DNA of 32,000 nucleotides from Pseudodesulfovibrio mercurii (GCF_000189295.2 NC_016803.1:1-32000); one strand, 5' to 3'. Positions 8,270-19,059 are shown, counted from the first letter of the stretch. Notes: a model not told the origin generated them from the sequence alone. A program made the numbers and translations.

Positions 8270-8995
8270 CTATGCGCCGTCCACCTGTTCGCCGGTTTTG
8301 CCGAAGCGGCGCTGGCGGCCGTTCAGGTCCGCGATGGCCTTGTCCAGCTCCGCCGGGGAGAAGTCCGGCCAGTAGATGTCCGTGAAGTAGAATTCGGAAT
8401 AGGCGCACTGGAACAGGAGATAGTTGGACAGCCGCAGCTCGCCGCTGGTGCGGATGACCAGGTCCGGGTCGGGCTGGCCCGCGGTCCACAGCTCGGCCGC
8501 GAAGGTCTCCTCGGTGACGGCCTCGGGCGGCACGCCCTTGGCGACCAGGGCCCTGGCCGCGCGGACGATCTCCTCCCGGCCCGAGTAGTTCAGGGCCAGG
8601 TTGAGGGTCATGTCCGTGCATCCGGCGGTCTGGCGCATGACGTGCCTGAGCACCTGGCGCACGGCCAGGGGCATGTCGTCGATCTCGCCCAGGATGTTCA
8701 GGCGGATGCCCTGTTCCTTGAGGCTCTTTTCCTCGCGCTTGAGAAAGGTGGTCAGCAGGTCGAACAGGGTCCGAACCTCGTCCTTGGGCCGTGACCAGTT
8801 CTCCTTGGAGAAGGTGTACAGGGTGAGATGGCGGACGCCGAGTTCGCGGCAGCGGGTGACCACGGCGCGGGCCGCTTCGGTCCCGGCCCGATGGCCGTCG
8901 GATCGTTGCAGCCCGCGCTGTTTGGCCCACCTGCCGTTGCCGTCCATGATGACGGCTATGTGGGTGGGAATTTGCATGGTGCTCAAGGAGTGCAT
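8270..8995 (-). CDS. uppS: isoprenyl transferase (undecaprenyl diphosphate synthase)
   Basis: HIAVIMDGNGRWA, TLYTFSKENWSRP and RTSGELRLSNYLLFQ motifs. An alternative start is ATG 8977. Confidence 0.92.
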   Translation of the reverse strand: MHSLSTMQIPTHIAVIMDGNGRWAKQRGLQRSDGHRAGTEAARAVVTRCRELGVRHLTLYTFSKENWSRPKDEVRTLFDLLTTFLKREEKSLKEQGIRLNILGEIDDMPLAVRQVLRHVMRQTAGCTDMTLNLALNYSGREEIVRAARALVAKGVPPEAVTEETFAAELWTAGQPDPDLVIRTSGELRLSNYLLFQCAYSEFYFTDIYWPDFSPAELDKAIADLNGRQRRFGKTGEQVDGA

Positions 8996-8996
8996 C

Positions 8997-9551
8997 CTAG
9001 ATTTCGAGAATCTCTTTTTCCTTGGCGGCCATGACCTCGTCGGCCTTCTTGACGTAGTCGTCGGTCATCTTCTGGACGTCGGCCTCGCTGCGGCGCTGAT
9101 CGTCCTCGGAGATTTCCTTGTCCTTCTCCATCTTCTTGAGCGCGTCGTTCATGTCGCGGCGCACGTTGCGGATGGCGATCTTGGCGTCCTCGGTGTACTT
9201 CTTGGCGACCTTGACCAGCTCCTTGCGGCGCTCCTCGGTCAGCGGCGGGATGGAGATGCGGATGATCTTGCCGTCGTTGACCGGGTTCAGGCCCAGGTCC
9301 GAGGTCTGGATGGCCTTCTCCACCGAACCGAACGCGCCCTTGTCCCAGGGCTGGATGGTGATGGTCTTGGAGTCGGGCACGGACACGGAGGAGAGCTGGC
9401 TGATGGGCGTGGGCGTGCCGTAGTAGTCCACCAGGATGGAGTCCACCAGGGCGGTGGTGGCGCGGCCCGTGCGCAGCTTGGAGAAATCCTTGTCCAGGGC
9501 GGTGATGGCCCCGCTCATGCGTTTCTTGCCGTCGTCGAGTACGGTTTTCAT
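8997..9551 (-). CDS. frr: ribosome recycling factor
   Basis: 184 aa with typical Frr sequence ([36 protein letters not shown]). Confidence 0.95.
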   Translation of the reverse strand: MKTVLDDGKKRMSGAITALDKDFSKLRTGRATTALVDSILVDYYGTPTPISQLSSVSVPDSKTITIQPWDKGAFGSVEKAIQTSDLGLNPVNDGKIIRISIPPLTEERRKELVKVAKKYTEDAKIAIRNVRRDMNDALKKMEKDKEISEDDQRRSEADVQKMTDDYVKKADEVMAAKEKEILEI

Positions 9552-9552
9552 A

Positions 9553-10272
9553 TTAGTCTCCTTGAACAGTCGTTCCGATGTTTTCGCCGTTGGCGGCTCT
9601 GCGGATGTTGCCTTCCTTGTACAGGTTGAAGACGATGATCGGCAGGTTGTTGTCCCTGGCCATGGAGATGGCGGTGGAGTCCATGACGCCGAGGCGTTTT
9701 TCCAGGGTTTCCATGTACGAGACCGTGTCGAACTTGACCGCGTCGGGATACTTGAGCGGGTCCTTGTCGTACACGCCGTCCACCTTGGTGGCCTTGAAGA
9801 TGGCGTCGCACTTGAGCTCGAGCGCGCGCAGGGCGGCGGCCGAGTCGGTGGTGAAGTAGGGGTTGCCGGTACCGGCGGCGCAGATGACCACGCGGCCCTT
9901 GTCCATGTGCCGCAGGGCCCGGCGGCGGATGTACGGCTCGGCCACGTCGGCCATGGACAGGGCGGTCATGACCCGGGTGTCGCAGCCGTTCTTTTCGAGC
10001 GCGTCCTGGACGGCCAGGGCGTTCATGACCGTGGCCAGCATGCCCATGTAGTCGCCCTGGGCGCGGTCCATGCCCTTGGCGGAGGCGGCCATGCCCCGGA
10101 AAATGTTGCCGCCGCCGATGACGAGCGCCATCTGCAGGCCGGTGGCGGCCACCTCGGCGATCTCCTTGGCGAACTGGCCGATGGCCTCCGGGTGGATGCC
10201 GAACTGCTGCTCCCCGGCCAGGGCCTCGCCGCTTAATTTCAACAAAATCCGCGAATAACGCGTCTTGGTCAT
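9553..10272 (-). CDS. pyrH: UMP kinase
   Basis: [21 protein letters not shown] and [21 protein letters not shown] motifs. The true start is ATG 10272 (MTKTRYSR), internal to the 262-aa ORF. Confidence 0.93.
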   Translation of the reverse strand: MTKTRYSRILLKLSGEALAGEQQFGIHPEAIGQFAKEIAEVAATGLQMALVIGGGNIFRGMAASAKGMDRAQGDYMGMLATVMNALAVQDALEKNGCDTRVMTALSMADVAEPYIRRRALRHMDKGRVVICAAGTGNPYFTTDSAAALRALELKCDAIFKATKVDGVYDKDPLKYPDAVKFDTVSYMETLEKRLGVMDSTAISMARDNNLPIIVFNLYKEGNIRRAANGENIGTTVQGD

Positions 10273-10338
10273 GGATACCCCTGCGTGTATGATTGTTGCG
10301 TCACGAACTCGCCCCAAGGCGATAGCATGTTTTCCGGA

Positions 10339-10367
10339 CAAAAAAAACGGGCCGTGAGGCCCGTTTT
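10339..10367 (-). terminator. rho-independent terminator after tsf
   Basis: On the minus strand, AAAACGGGCC-TCAC-GGCCCGTTTT is followed by a run of 8 T. Confidence 0.75.
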
Positions 10368-10386
10368 CATTTTTTCGGCAGTTCGG

Positions 10387-11196
10387 TTACTCGGCCTTTT
10401 CACCGAGAGCCAGGCGATGGAAGCTGGCCACGGTGCCGCCCTTGAGGATCTGCTTGATGGTCTGCTTGTCGTCCTTGATGAAGGCCTGCTCGATCAGGCA
10501 GACGTCCTTGTAGAACTTGTTCAGCCGACCCATGACGATCTTCTCGGCGATGGCTTCGGGCTTGCCCTCGTCCATGGCCTGCTTGAGGTACAGCTCCTTC
10601 TCCTTGGCCAGGGTCTCGGCGGGCAGCTCGTCGGGGGAGATGCAGGCCGGGTTCATGGCGGCCACGTGCATGGCCACGTCCTTGGCGATCTCGGCGTCGT
10701 CGGTGCCCTTGAGCTCCACGATGACGCCCAGCTTGTTGTTGGAGTGGATGTACACGCCGATGACGCCGTCGGTGACGATCTTGGCGAAGCGGCCCACGCC
10801 CATGTTCTCGCCCAGCTTGGCGATCAGGTCGGTCACGTCGGCGACCTCCTTGGGCAGGTCTTCGGCGGTGCCGGTGGTCACGTCCAGCGCGGCGATCTTG
10901 CCGGGCAGGGCGGCGGCGAAGGCCTGGAAGTCGTCACCCTTGGCGACGAAGTCGGTCTCGCAGAGAAGCTCGGCGATGACGGCGGTCTTGCCGTCCTCGG
11001 AGACGTAGGGGGTGACCAGACCCTCGGAGGTGGCGCGTCCGGCCTTCTTGGCGGCCTTGGACAGCCCCTTCTCGCGAAGGTACATGACGGCCTTTTCCTC
11101 GTCCCCTCCGGACTCGCTGAGGGCCTTCTTGCAATCCATCATGCCCGCGCCGGTTTTCTCGCGCAGGGCCTTCACTTGTGCGGCGGTGATCGACAT
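10387..11196 (-). CDS. tsf: elongation factor Ts
   Basis: N-terminal UBA-like ITAAQVKALREKTGAGMMDCKKAL. It lies directly downstream of rpsB. Confidence 0.95.
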   Translation of the reverse strand: MSITAAQVKALREKTGAGMMDCKKALSESGGDEEKAVMYLREKGLSKAAKKAGRATSEGLVTPYVSEDGKTAVIAELLCETDFVAKGDDFQAFAAALPGKIAALDVTTGTAEDLPKEVADVTDLIAKLGENMGVGRFAKIVTDGVIGVYIHSNNKLGVIVELKGTDDAEIAKDVAMHVAAMNPACISPDELPAETLAKEKELYLKQAMDEGKPEAIAEKIVMGRLNKFYKDVCLIEQAFIKDDKQTIKQILKGGTVASFHRLALGEKAE

Positions 11197-11197
11197 A

Positions 11198-11989
<792 letters not shown>

Positions 11990-12171
11990 AATGATCTCCT
12001 GGGTTTTTCGTCCATCCCGCGGTCCATTAAGGAGCCCGTGCCATCACGGACCACCCGGAGTTATGGGCGGGATGTGTGAATTTAAAGTCGGGGGTACTTA
12101 ACGCATGATCGCCGGGTTGGCAAGGGGGAAATTGCGGTTTTTACCCGGTTCGCCACGGTCGCCGGGGGGCG

Positions 12172-13278
12172 TCACCCGCCGAACGCCCGGTTCATGAGCC
12201 GTTTGCCCAGGCCGCCGAAGTCCGGGGGCGCGTAGCCGAAGACCTCCTTCCAGACCTGGGTGGACTCCATGCAGAAGTAGAGCTGCTCCTCCATGCCGTG
12301 GGCGCGCAACCGGTCGACCATGAACTTGAACTGCTCCACGCGCAGGGGGCGGAGCAGGCGCGCCTTGCCGTCCAGGCCGGGCACGAACTCATTATAAATG
12401 TAGGTGGTCTCCGGGAAGCGGTCCTCGATGATCGGGGTCAGCTGGGGCATGCAGCGGAAGGAGCCGAGGGACATGTAGGCGATCTGCTCGGGCCGCACGT
12501 AGTCGAAGATGCGGTCGATGATCTCGCCGTACCCCTCGCGCCAGCCCTCGAAGCGGATGATCGGATCGAAGTGCAGGCAGACCTTGAAGCCCGCCTCGGC
12601 GCAGGTCCTGGCCGCCTCCAGGCGCTCGGTCAGCGTGGACACGCCGAACTCCTCGTGCTCGTTGATGAACGGGGCGTTCAGGGACCAGGCGGGCAGGACG
12701 CGGTCCGTGCGCGTGGTCCCGTCCATCCAGGACAGGTCCACCACCTTGGACTTCAGCTCCAGGACCACGTTGTCGTAGTCCTCCAGGAAATGGACCAGGT
12801 CGCGGCTGTAGCCGGTCAGGTGCTCCAGGGCCAGGGAGTCGGTGAACTCGCCCGTGCCCACCCGGAAGCGGGTCTCGCGGTCCGCGCCGAAGCCGTCGGC
12901 CAGCTCGCGGAACAGGTCGTCCTGGTTGGCCCAGACCTTGAGCACCCGGTCCTGGAAATAGGCCTGGAGGATGCAGTAGGAGCAGGCCATGGGGCAGTTC
13001 TCGCCGATGTGGATGATGCGGTAGCCGCAGCAGTGGTAGGCGCGGGTGCCGGGGCAGAAGCGCAGGAACCGCCCCTTGTACTCCTTGAGGTACACGGCCT
13101 GGGTTTCGCCCCGGTCGAAGACCACGCGGTCCTGATCGGGCGGGACCACGGTCCAGGGGACGTCCAGACCGCCCTCGGCCAGCCGCTCGCGCACCCGGCG
13201 GGCCACGGGGGTATCGGTCATGGATTCGTCCACGAAGACGTGGCCGATCCTGCGCAGGTGGGCGGGCAGGCTAGTCAT
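12172..13278 (-). CDS. SPL (spore photoproduct lyase)-family radical SAM protein, substrate unknown
   Basis: CX3CX2C cluster motif CPMACSYC within IHIGENCPMACSYCILQ. Overall SplB/COG1533-like layout. The start ATG overlaps the upstream gene stop by 8 nt (ATGACTAG). Confidence 0.8.
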   Translation of the reverse strand: MTSLPAHLRRIGHVFVDESMTDTPVARRVRERLAEGGLDVPWTVVPPDQDRVVFDRGETQAVYLKEYKGRFLRFCPGTRAYHCCGYRIIHIGENCPMACSYCILQAYFQDRVLKVWANQDDLFRELADGFGADRETRFRVGTGEFTDSLALEHLTGYSRDLVHFLEDYDNVVLELKSKVVDLSWMDGTTRTDRVLPAWSLNAPFINEHEEFGVSTLTERLEAARTCAEAGFKVCLHFDPIIRFEGWREGYGEIIDRIFDYVRPEQIAYMSLGSFRCMPQLTPIIEDRFPETTYIYNEFVPGLDGKARLLRPLRVEQFKFMVDRLRAHGMEEQLYFCMESTQVWKEVFGYAPPDFGGLGKRLMNRAFGG

Positions 13279-14233
13279 TGTCGCCCTCCGGACGGAACAC
13301 GGTCTCCCAGGCCGGGGCGTCGGCCATGGCGCGCAGGCTCTCGACGGCTTGGGCGAGGCCGTCCCGGTCCTTGACGCGCACGGACAGCTCGGCCCCGTCG
13401 GTCTCGAAATTGTCGGGCTGGACGACCCGCCAGGGGGTCCCGGCGGTCACGGTCCGGGCCGCCGCGTCGAAGCGGTCGCGCAGCCGGGTCAGCTCGGGAT
13501 GGCGCGCCTGCCGGGCCGCGGCGCACAGCCGGGCGATGGCGTCCTTGGGCGACAGCCCCTGGTCGAGGATCGCGTCCATGCCCGCCCCGGCCATGACCTC
13601 GGCCACGGGGGTTCCGGCCACTCGGGCCGCCTCGTACAGCCAGGTCAACACGTTGACCGCGTTGGACCTGGACCAGGTCATGCCGGTGAAGAGCGGCCGC
13701 AGGGGGTCGCGGTCGGCCTCGTCCAGGCGCGCCAGGACCGTGCCCACGGCCAGGGGAACCGCGCCCCGGCCGAGCAGTTCACGCCAGGGGGCGGGCAGGG
13801 TGAGCCAGTCCAGGAGCAGCCGGGCGTCCTTGGACTTGGGCCGGACCCCGAGCCGGGGCAGGACGTCCGTCTCCAGGCGGTCCCTGTCCAGGAGCGGGGC
13901 GAAGTATTGCAGGGCCCGGAAGCGCATGGCGTCGTCCGGTTCGCGGTGGGCGTTGTCCGCCAGGTAGAGCAGCCCCAGGGAAACGGGGTCCGCGCCCTCC
14001 ACCCGACGGGCCAGGACCGGCCTGCCGAGCCCGGCCAGCACGGCCAGTCGCGCGGCCCCGGCGGCGAGCTCCGGGCCGTGGTCGCCCTCGAAGACCAGCA
14101 CCGGTGCGGACTGACCCCATTCCTCGATGGATTTCGCCAGTGATTCCGAAATGGTGCCGGACCAGAACAGGTGGTCGCCGTGGGCGCGTATGGCCCCTGC
14201 CGGGGCCGTGAAAATCTCGCTGGTGAGCTGCAA
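13271..14233 (-). CDS. hypothetical protein, possible degenerate ParB/Srx-like N-terminal domain
   Basis: High GC3 coding signal. TTG start with AGGAG 6 nt upstream. The segment SLAKSIEEWGQSAPVLVFEGDHGPELAAGAARLAVLAGLGRPVLARRV resembles the ParB-N pattern (L..SI...G...P..V....y.l..G..R..A...lG). The domain call is pattern-based only. Confidence 0.5.
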   Translation of the reverse strand: MQLTSEIFTAPAGAIRAHGDHLFWSGTISESLAKSIEEWGQSAPVLVFEGDHGPELAAGAARLAVLAGLGRPVLARRVEGADPVSLGLLYLADNAHREPDDAMRFRALQYFAPLLDRDRLETDVLPRLGVRPKSKDARLLLDWLTLPAPWRELLGRGAVPLAVGTVLARLDEADRDPLRPLFTGMTWSRSNAVNVLTWLYEAARVAGTPVAEVMAGAGMDAILDQGLSPKDAIARLCAAARQARHPELTRLRDRFDAAARTVTAGTPWRVVQPDNFETDGAELSVRVKDRDGLAQAVESLRAMADAPAWETVFRPEGDND

Positions 14234-14372
14234 TGCGGACTCCTGGAAGTTTCTCTCAATGTCGCTTCAACAGATTGATATTGTTTGCGAAAGAGGGTAT
14301 TTTAAGGTGAAGCTTGTAAAAAAGCTACGGTATTTCAACTAATTGGAATAAAGTTGAAGAGTGCCCGGCGAC

Positions 14373-14402
14373 TTGACATTCTCGCGTTGGTCTTCCTATA
14401 GG
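14373..14402 (+). promoter_or_regulatory. candidate sigma70 promoter for the EF-G paralogue
   Basis: TTGACA (14373-14378), an 18-nt spacer, then TATAGG (14397-14402). It lies in the only AT-rich divergent intergenic region of the window. Confidence 0.35.
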
Positions 14403-14497
14403 ACTAAACCCGTTAAAAACCAAGTGCTGTGCTTTTCGCGGGGTGAAACGGCTCCGCGATGCCGATAAGGACAACCAGAAACGATGTGGAGTGAAGT

Positions 14498-16558
14498 ATG
14501 CCTGACCTCAAGACCCAAAGAACGTATGCACTCGTCGGTCACGGCGGTAGCGGCAAGACCACCGTCGCCGAGATGCTGCTTTTCAACGCGGGAGTTGTAA
14601 ACCGCCTCGGCAAAGTCGAAGAGGGGAGCACCGTCCTCGACTTCGAGCCCGAGGAAATCAAGCGTCGCGGTTCGATTCAGCCCGGTTTCGCCAGCTTCAA
14701 GTGGAACAAGAACGACCACTTTCTCATCGACACCCCCGGCGACTCCAACTTCGCCGGAGATCTCTCCTACTCCCTCACCGCCGCCGACGGCGTGGTCATG
14801 GTCATCGACGCCGTGGACGGCGTCAAGCCGCTGACCCGCAAGGTTTGGGGCCTGGTTCAGGACATGGGCCTTCCGTCCATGATCGTCATCAACAAGATGG
14901 ACCGTGACCGGGCCGACTTCGACATGGCCTTCCACGGCATCTCCGAGGCCCTGGGCGCGCGTCCGGTCCTGCTGTACTATCCCATCGGCTCCAAGGAGAA
15001 TTTCAAGGGCGTGGTGGACATGATGTCCGGCAAGGCCCTGATGTTCGGCGCGGACGGCGCGGTCACCGAGGGCGAGGTCCCCGGCGACATCGCCGACGAG
15101 GTCGAGACCATCCGCGAGACCATGATCGAGAACATCGCCGAGAGCGATGAGGAGCTCATGGAGAAATATTTCGAGGAGGGCGAACTCGCCCCCGAGGACA
15201 TCACCAAGGGCCTTCAGGCGGGCGTCGCGTCCGGCGAGCTGGTCCCGGTGGTGGTGGCCGCGGCCCTCAACTGCCAGGGCGGCCAGATGATCCTGGACAC
15301 CGTCCAGAACCTGCTGCCCTCTCCCCTGGACCACAAGCCGTGGATCGGCGAGGACGGCGGCGAACTGCCGAGCTCCCCGGACGAGCCCATGGCCTGCTTC
15401 GTCTTCAAGACCCAGGCCGACCCCTTCGCGGGCCAGCTGACCGTGGTCCGCGTGCTGGCCGGCCAGCTCTCCCCCGACTCCCAGCTGGTCAACACCGTCA
15501 ACGGCGAGAAGGAGCGCGTGGGCCAGCTGCTGGTCATGAACGGCAAGGAGCAGGCCCCGGTCAAGACCCCCATGGGTCCGGGCGCCATCGTCACCCTGGC
15601 CAAGCTCAAGAACACCCACACCGGCGACACCCTGGTGGAGAAGGGCGAGTTCAAGCTGGCCAAGCCCGTCGTGGCCCCGCAGCTGATCACCTTCGCCCTG
15701 GCCCCCGAGGTCAAGGGTGATGAGGACAAGGTCTACGCCGCCGTGGCCAAGCTGCTCGAGGAGGACATCACCCTGACGCTCGGCCGCGACGAGGAGTCCG
15801 CAGACATCCTGCTCTCGGGCATGGGCCAGAACCACATCGAGATCTCGGTCGAAAAGGCCAAGCGCCGCTACAAGACCGCCATCCTGCTCAAGACCCCCAA
15901 GGTCCCGTACCGCGAAACCTTCAAGACCGGCGCCCGCGAAATCCAGGGCCGCCACAAGAAGCAGTCCGGCGGCCGCGGCCAGTTCGGCGACTGCTGGATT
16001 CACGTGGCCCCCAGGGCTTCGGGCGAAGGCTATGAGTTCGTGGATCAGATCGTGGGCGGCTCCATCCCGCGCCAGTTCATCCCGGCCGTGGACAAGGGCG
16101 TCCAGGAGACCGCCGCGCGCGGCGTGCTCGCCGGGTTCCCGGTCATCGACTTCCAGGTGACCCTGTACGACGGCAGCTACCACAACGTGGACTCCTCGGA
16201 AATGGCCTTCAAGGTGGCCGGTTCCCTGGCCTTCAAGAAGGCCTGCGAAAAGGCCAAGATGGCCCTGCTCGAACCGATCATGCTGGTCACCGTGGCCGTG
16301 CCCGACTCGTTCATGGGCGACGTCATCGGCGACCTGTCGTCGCGGCGGGGCAAGGTGCTGGGCTCCGACTCCCAGGCGGGCATAACCGAGGTCAAGGCCA
16401 ACGTGCCCATGGCCGAGATGCTGCGCTACGCCCCGGACCTCAACTCCATGACCGGCGGCCAGGGCACCTTCTTCATGGAGTTCGCCGCCTACGAGGAATG
16501 CCCGCCCCAGGAGACCGAAAAGGTCATCGCGGCCCACAAGAAGGCCACCGAAGAGTAG
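14498..16558 (+). CDS. elongation factor G paralogue (EF-G II-like translational GTPase)
   Basis: Full five-domain EF-G architecture with NKMD present. G1 is GHGGSGKTT and switch II is DTPGD, instead of the canonical AHIDAGKTT and DTPGH. Confidence 0.88.
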   Translation: MPDLKTQRTYALVGHGGSGKTTVAEMLLFNAGVVNRLGKVEEGSTVLDFEPEEIKRRGSIQPGFASFKWNKNDHFLIDTPGDSNFAGDLSYSLTAADGVVMVIDAVDGVKPLTRKVWGLVQDMGLPSMIVINKMDRDRADFDMAFHGISEALGARPVLLYYPIGSKENFKGVVDMMSGKALMFGADGAVTEGEVPGDIADEVETIRETMIENIAESDEELMEKYFEEGELAPEDITKGLQAGVASGELVPVVVAAALNCQGGQMILDTVQNLLPSPLDHKPWIGEDGGELPSSPDEPMACFVFKTQADPFAGQLTVVRVLAGQLSPDSQLVNTVNGEKERVGQLLVMNGKEQAPVKTPMGPGAIVTLAKLKNTHTGDTLVEKGEFKLAKPVVAPQLITFALAPEVKGDEDKVYAAVAKLLEEDITLTLGRDEESADILLSGMGQNHIEISVEKAKRRYKTAILLKTPKVPYRETFKTGAREIQGRHKKQSGGRGQFGDCWIHVAPRASGEGYEFVDQIVGGSIPRQFIPAVDKGVQETAARGVLAGFPVIDFQVTLYDGSYHNVDSSEMAFKVAGSLAFKKACEKAKMALLEPIMLVTVAVPDSFMGDVIGDLSSRRGKVLGSDSQAGITEVKANVPMAEMLRYAPDLNSMTGGQGTFFMEFAAYEECPPQETEKVIAAHKKATEE

Positions 16559-16580
16559 TTTCGGCCCGCAACACGAATCA

Positions 16581-16613
16581 AAAGGCGACGGCTTGGTCCG
16601 TCGCCTTTTTTTT
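16581..16613 (+). terminator. rho-independent terminator
   Basis: AAAGGCGACGG pairs with CCGTCGCCTTT and is followed by TTTTT. Confidence 0.8.
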
Positions 16614-16675
16614 GTCATTGTTTCATGCAGTCTTTTGGTTTACTTACACGGGAGTTTGCTCAACAAGGACGGACC

Positions 16676-17398
16676 ATGTTTCGACGATTGTTCTTCATCA
16701 TCCTGCTCGTGCCGGTAACCATCTGGTATTCCCTGAAGATGCTCAAGGTGGACCGGGAAACCGCCACGCCCGAGGAATACGACCGCTGGGGGCTGGCTTG
16801 GGGCGCGGCCGCCGTGAAGCTGTCCGGCATCCGCATCGAGGCGGACCTGGGCGAGGCCGACCCCGAGGGCCACTACGTGTTCATCGGCAACCACCAGTCC
16901 AACCTGGACATCCCGGTCCTGTTCAAGGTCCTCAGGGGCAACCGCATCCGCTTTGTGGCCAAGAAGTCCCTGTTCGAGATTCCCATCTACGGCAAGGCCC
17001 TGGCCCACGCCGGGCACATCTGCATCGACCGCGAGAACAGGCGGGCGGCCATGCAGTCCCTGAACGACGCCGTTGAGGTCGCCAAGGGCGGCATCTCCCC
17101 GGTCATCTTTCCCGAGGGCACGCGCAACATGGACCTGAGCCACCTGATGGACTTCAAGATCGGGGCCATGATCCTGGCCCTCAAGGCCGGGCTGCCCGTG
17201 GTTCCGTTCGTCATGACCAACACCGGCCGGGTCATGGGCAAGGGCCAGTTCTTCATCGACAACCGGCCCGTGGTCCGGTTCAAGGCCCTGCCGATCATCG
17301 ACCCGTCCCGGTACAACCTGAAACAGCGCGAGCAGTTCAAGGAAGACCTGTACGCCATGATGAACACGGCCTACCAGGAACTGCTGGCAAAGGGGTAG
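16676..17398 (+). CDS. plsC: 1-acyl-sn-glycerol-3-phosphate acyltransferase
   Basis: HX4D motif NHQSNLD, the FPEGTRN motif and an N-terminal TM helix. ATG 16676 is preferred over ATG 16625, which abuts the terminator. Confidence 0.85.
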   Translation: MFRRLFFIILLVPVTIWYSLKMLKVDRETATPEEYDRWGLAWGAAAVKLSGIRIEADLGEADPEGHYVFIGNHQSNLDIPVLFKVLRGNRIRFVAKKSLFEIPIYGKALAHAGHICIDRENRRAAMQSLNDAVEVAKGGISPVIFPEGTRNMDLSHLMDFKIGAMILALKAGLPVVPFVMTNTGRVMGKGQFFIDNRPVVRFKALPIIDPSRYNLKQREQFKEDLYAMMNTAYQELLAKG

Positions 17399-17403
17399 AC
17401 GCG

Positions 17404-19059
17404 ATGGCCGGAACGTCCTTCACCCTCTACCCGCTGGGCGGGCTCGGCGAGATCGGCATGAACTGCATGCTCTACCGGACCGAGAAATCCCTGGTCATGG
17501 TGGACTGCGGGCTCATGTTCCCGGAAGACTACCACTTCGGCGTGGACGTGGTCATTCCCTGCTTCGACTACGTGCTGCGCAACAAGCGCCAGCTCAACGG
17601 CATCGTCCTGACCCACGGGCACGAGGACCACATCGGCGCGCTGCCCTGGCTCCTGCAGAACGTGGACGTGCCGGTCTACGGCTCGGAGTTCACCCTCGGC
17701 CTGGTGGAGAACAAGCTCAAGGAGCACGACCTGGACCGCTGGGCCGACCTGCGGCCCGTGCGTCCCTACGACCGCCTCCTGCTCGGCGACTTCCGCTTCA
17801 ATTTCTTCCCGGTCTGCCACTCCATCATCGAGGGGTTCGGCCTGGGCATCGAGACCCCGGCGGGCCGGGTGGTCCACACCGGCGACTTCAAGATCGACCG
17901 CAACCCCCTCGGCGGCCACGCCACGGACCTGGCCGCGTTCCGCAAGTTTTCGGACGAGGGCGTGCGCCTCATGCTCTCGGACTCCACCAACATCGGCAAC
18001 GAGGGGTTCGCCCTGACCGAGCGCGAGATCAAGGTCTCCCTGCGCGAGATATTCAACACGGCCAAGGGGCGCATCCTGGTCTCCCTCTTTTCGAGCCACA
18101 TCCAGCGCATCCAGGAAATTTTCGACCTGGCCGACGCCGAAGGGCGCAAGGTGGCCGTGTCCGGCAAGTCCCTGCACCGCAACATCGAGCTGGCCCTGGA
18201 GCAGGGCCATCTCAAGGTGCCCAAGGGCACGTTCATCGAGCTGGACGCCCTGGACGAATACGGCGATTCCCAACTGGTCCTGCTGGTCACCGGAAGCCAG
18301 GGCGAACCCCTGGCGGCCCTGTCGCGCATCGCCATGGGCGAGCACCGGCAGCTGTCTGTGCGGCCCGACGACCTGTTCATCCTCTCCTCGCGGTTCATTC
18401 CCGGCAACGTCAAGGCCATCAACCGGGTCATCAACAACCTCTACCGCCTCGGGGCCGAGGTCCTGTACGAGAAGATGCACGGCATCCACGCCTCGGGCCA
18501 CGCCCATGCGGGCGAACTGACCCTCATGCTCCAGACCGTGCGGCCCGAATATTTCATCCCCGTGCACGGCGAGTACCGCCACCTGGTCAAGCACCGGCGG
18601 CTGGCCATCGACTGCGGCGTGGACGAGGACAAGGCCATGGTGGTGGAGAACGGCCAGCCCGTGACCTTTTTCGAGGACGGGTCCGTGGAGATGATGCCGC
18701 GCATCGCGGCGGACAAGATCCTGGTGGACGGCAAGGGCGTGGGCGACGTGGGCCAGAGCGTGCTCAAGGAGCGCCAGCTGCTGGCGGGCGAGGGCATGGT
18801 CATCGTGGTCCTGGTGGTGGACGAAGCCTCGGGCGAAATCTCCATGGGCCCGGACATCATGAGCAAGGGGTTCGTCTTCGAGCAGCAGTACATGCACCTG
18901 CTGGACGACGCCAAGTGCATCGTTCTGGACGTGCACGAGAACATCGCGCCCGGCGACACGGCCAAGCTCAAGGAACGCATCCGCTCGGCCCTGCGCCGCT
19001 TCTTCCGCAAGGTGCTCGGCCGCGACCCGGTGGTCGTGCCCCTGGTCATTTCCATCTAG
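17404..19059 (+). CDS. rnj: ribonuclease J
   Basis: Metallo-beta-lactamase HGHEDHIGA motif, a beta-CASP region and the typical N-terminus (LGGLGEIGMNCM). Confidence 0.9.
   Translation: MAGTSFTLYPLGGLGEIGMNCMLYRTEKSLVMVDCGLMFPEDYHFGVDVVIPCFDYVLRNKRQLNGIVLTHGHEDHIGALPWLLQNVDVPVYGSEFTLGLVENKLKEHDLDRWADLRPVRPYDRLLLGDFRFNFFPVCHSIIEGFGLGIETPAGRVVHTGDFKIDRNPLGGHATDLAAFRKFSDEGVRLMLSDSTNIGNEGFALTEREIKVSLREIFNTAKGRILVSLFSSHIQRIQEIFDLADAEGRKVAVSGKSLHRNIELALEQGHLKVPKGTFIELDALDEYGDSQLVLLVTGSQGEPLAALSRIAMGEHRQLSVRPDDLFILSSRFIPGNVKAINRVINNLYRLGAEVLYEKMHGIHASGHAHAGELTLMLQTVRPEYFIPVHGEYRHLVKHRRLAIDCGVDEDKAMVVENGQPVTFFEDGSVEMMPRIAADKILVDGKGVGDVGQSVLKERQLLAGEGMVIVVLVVDEASGEISMGPDIMSKGFVFEQQYMHLLDDAKCIVLDVHENIAPGDTAKLKERIRSALRRFFRKVLGRDPVVVPLVISI

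Noticed and set aside
14396-16618. Very long antisense ORFs. Examples are 740 aa opposite the EF-G paralogue, 746 aa at 17371-19611 opposite RNase J, 837 aa at 22693-25206, 504 aa at 2649-4163, 631 aa at 28170-30065, 522 aa at 30221-31789, and 25-1155 and 116-1501 opposite dnaA.
   Set aside because: All mirror genes with clear family signatures on the other strand. Their translations are low-complexity (Gly/Ala/Asp/His/Val/Arg-rich) with no motifs. Open antisense frames are expected at ~65% GC because stop codons are depleted.
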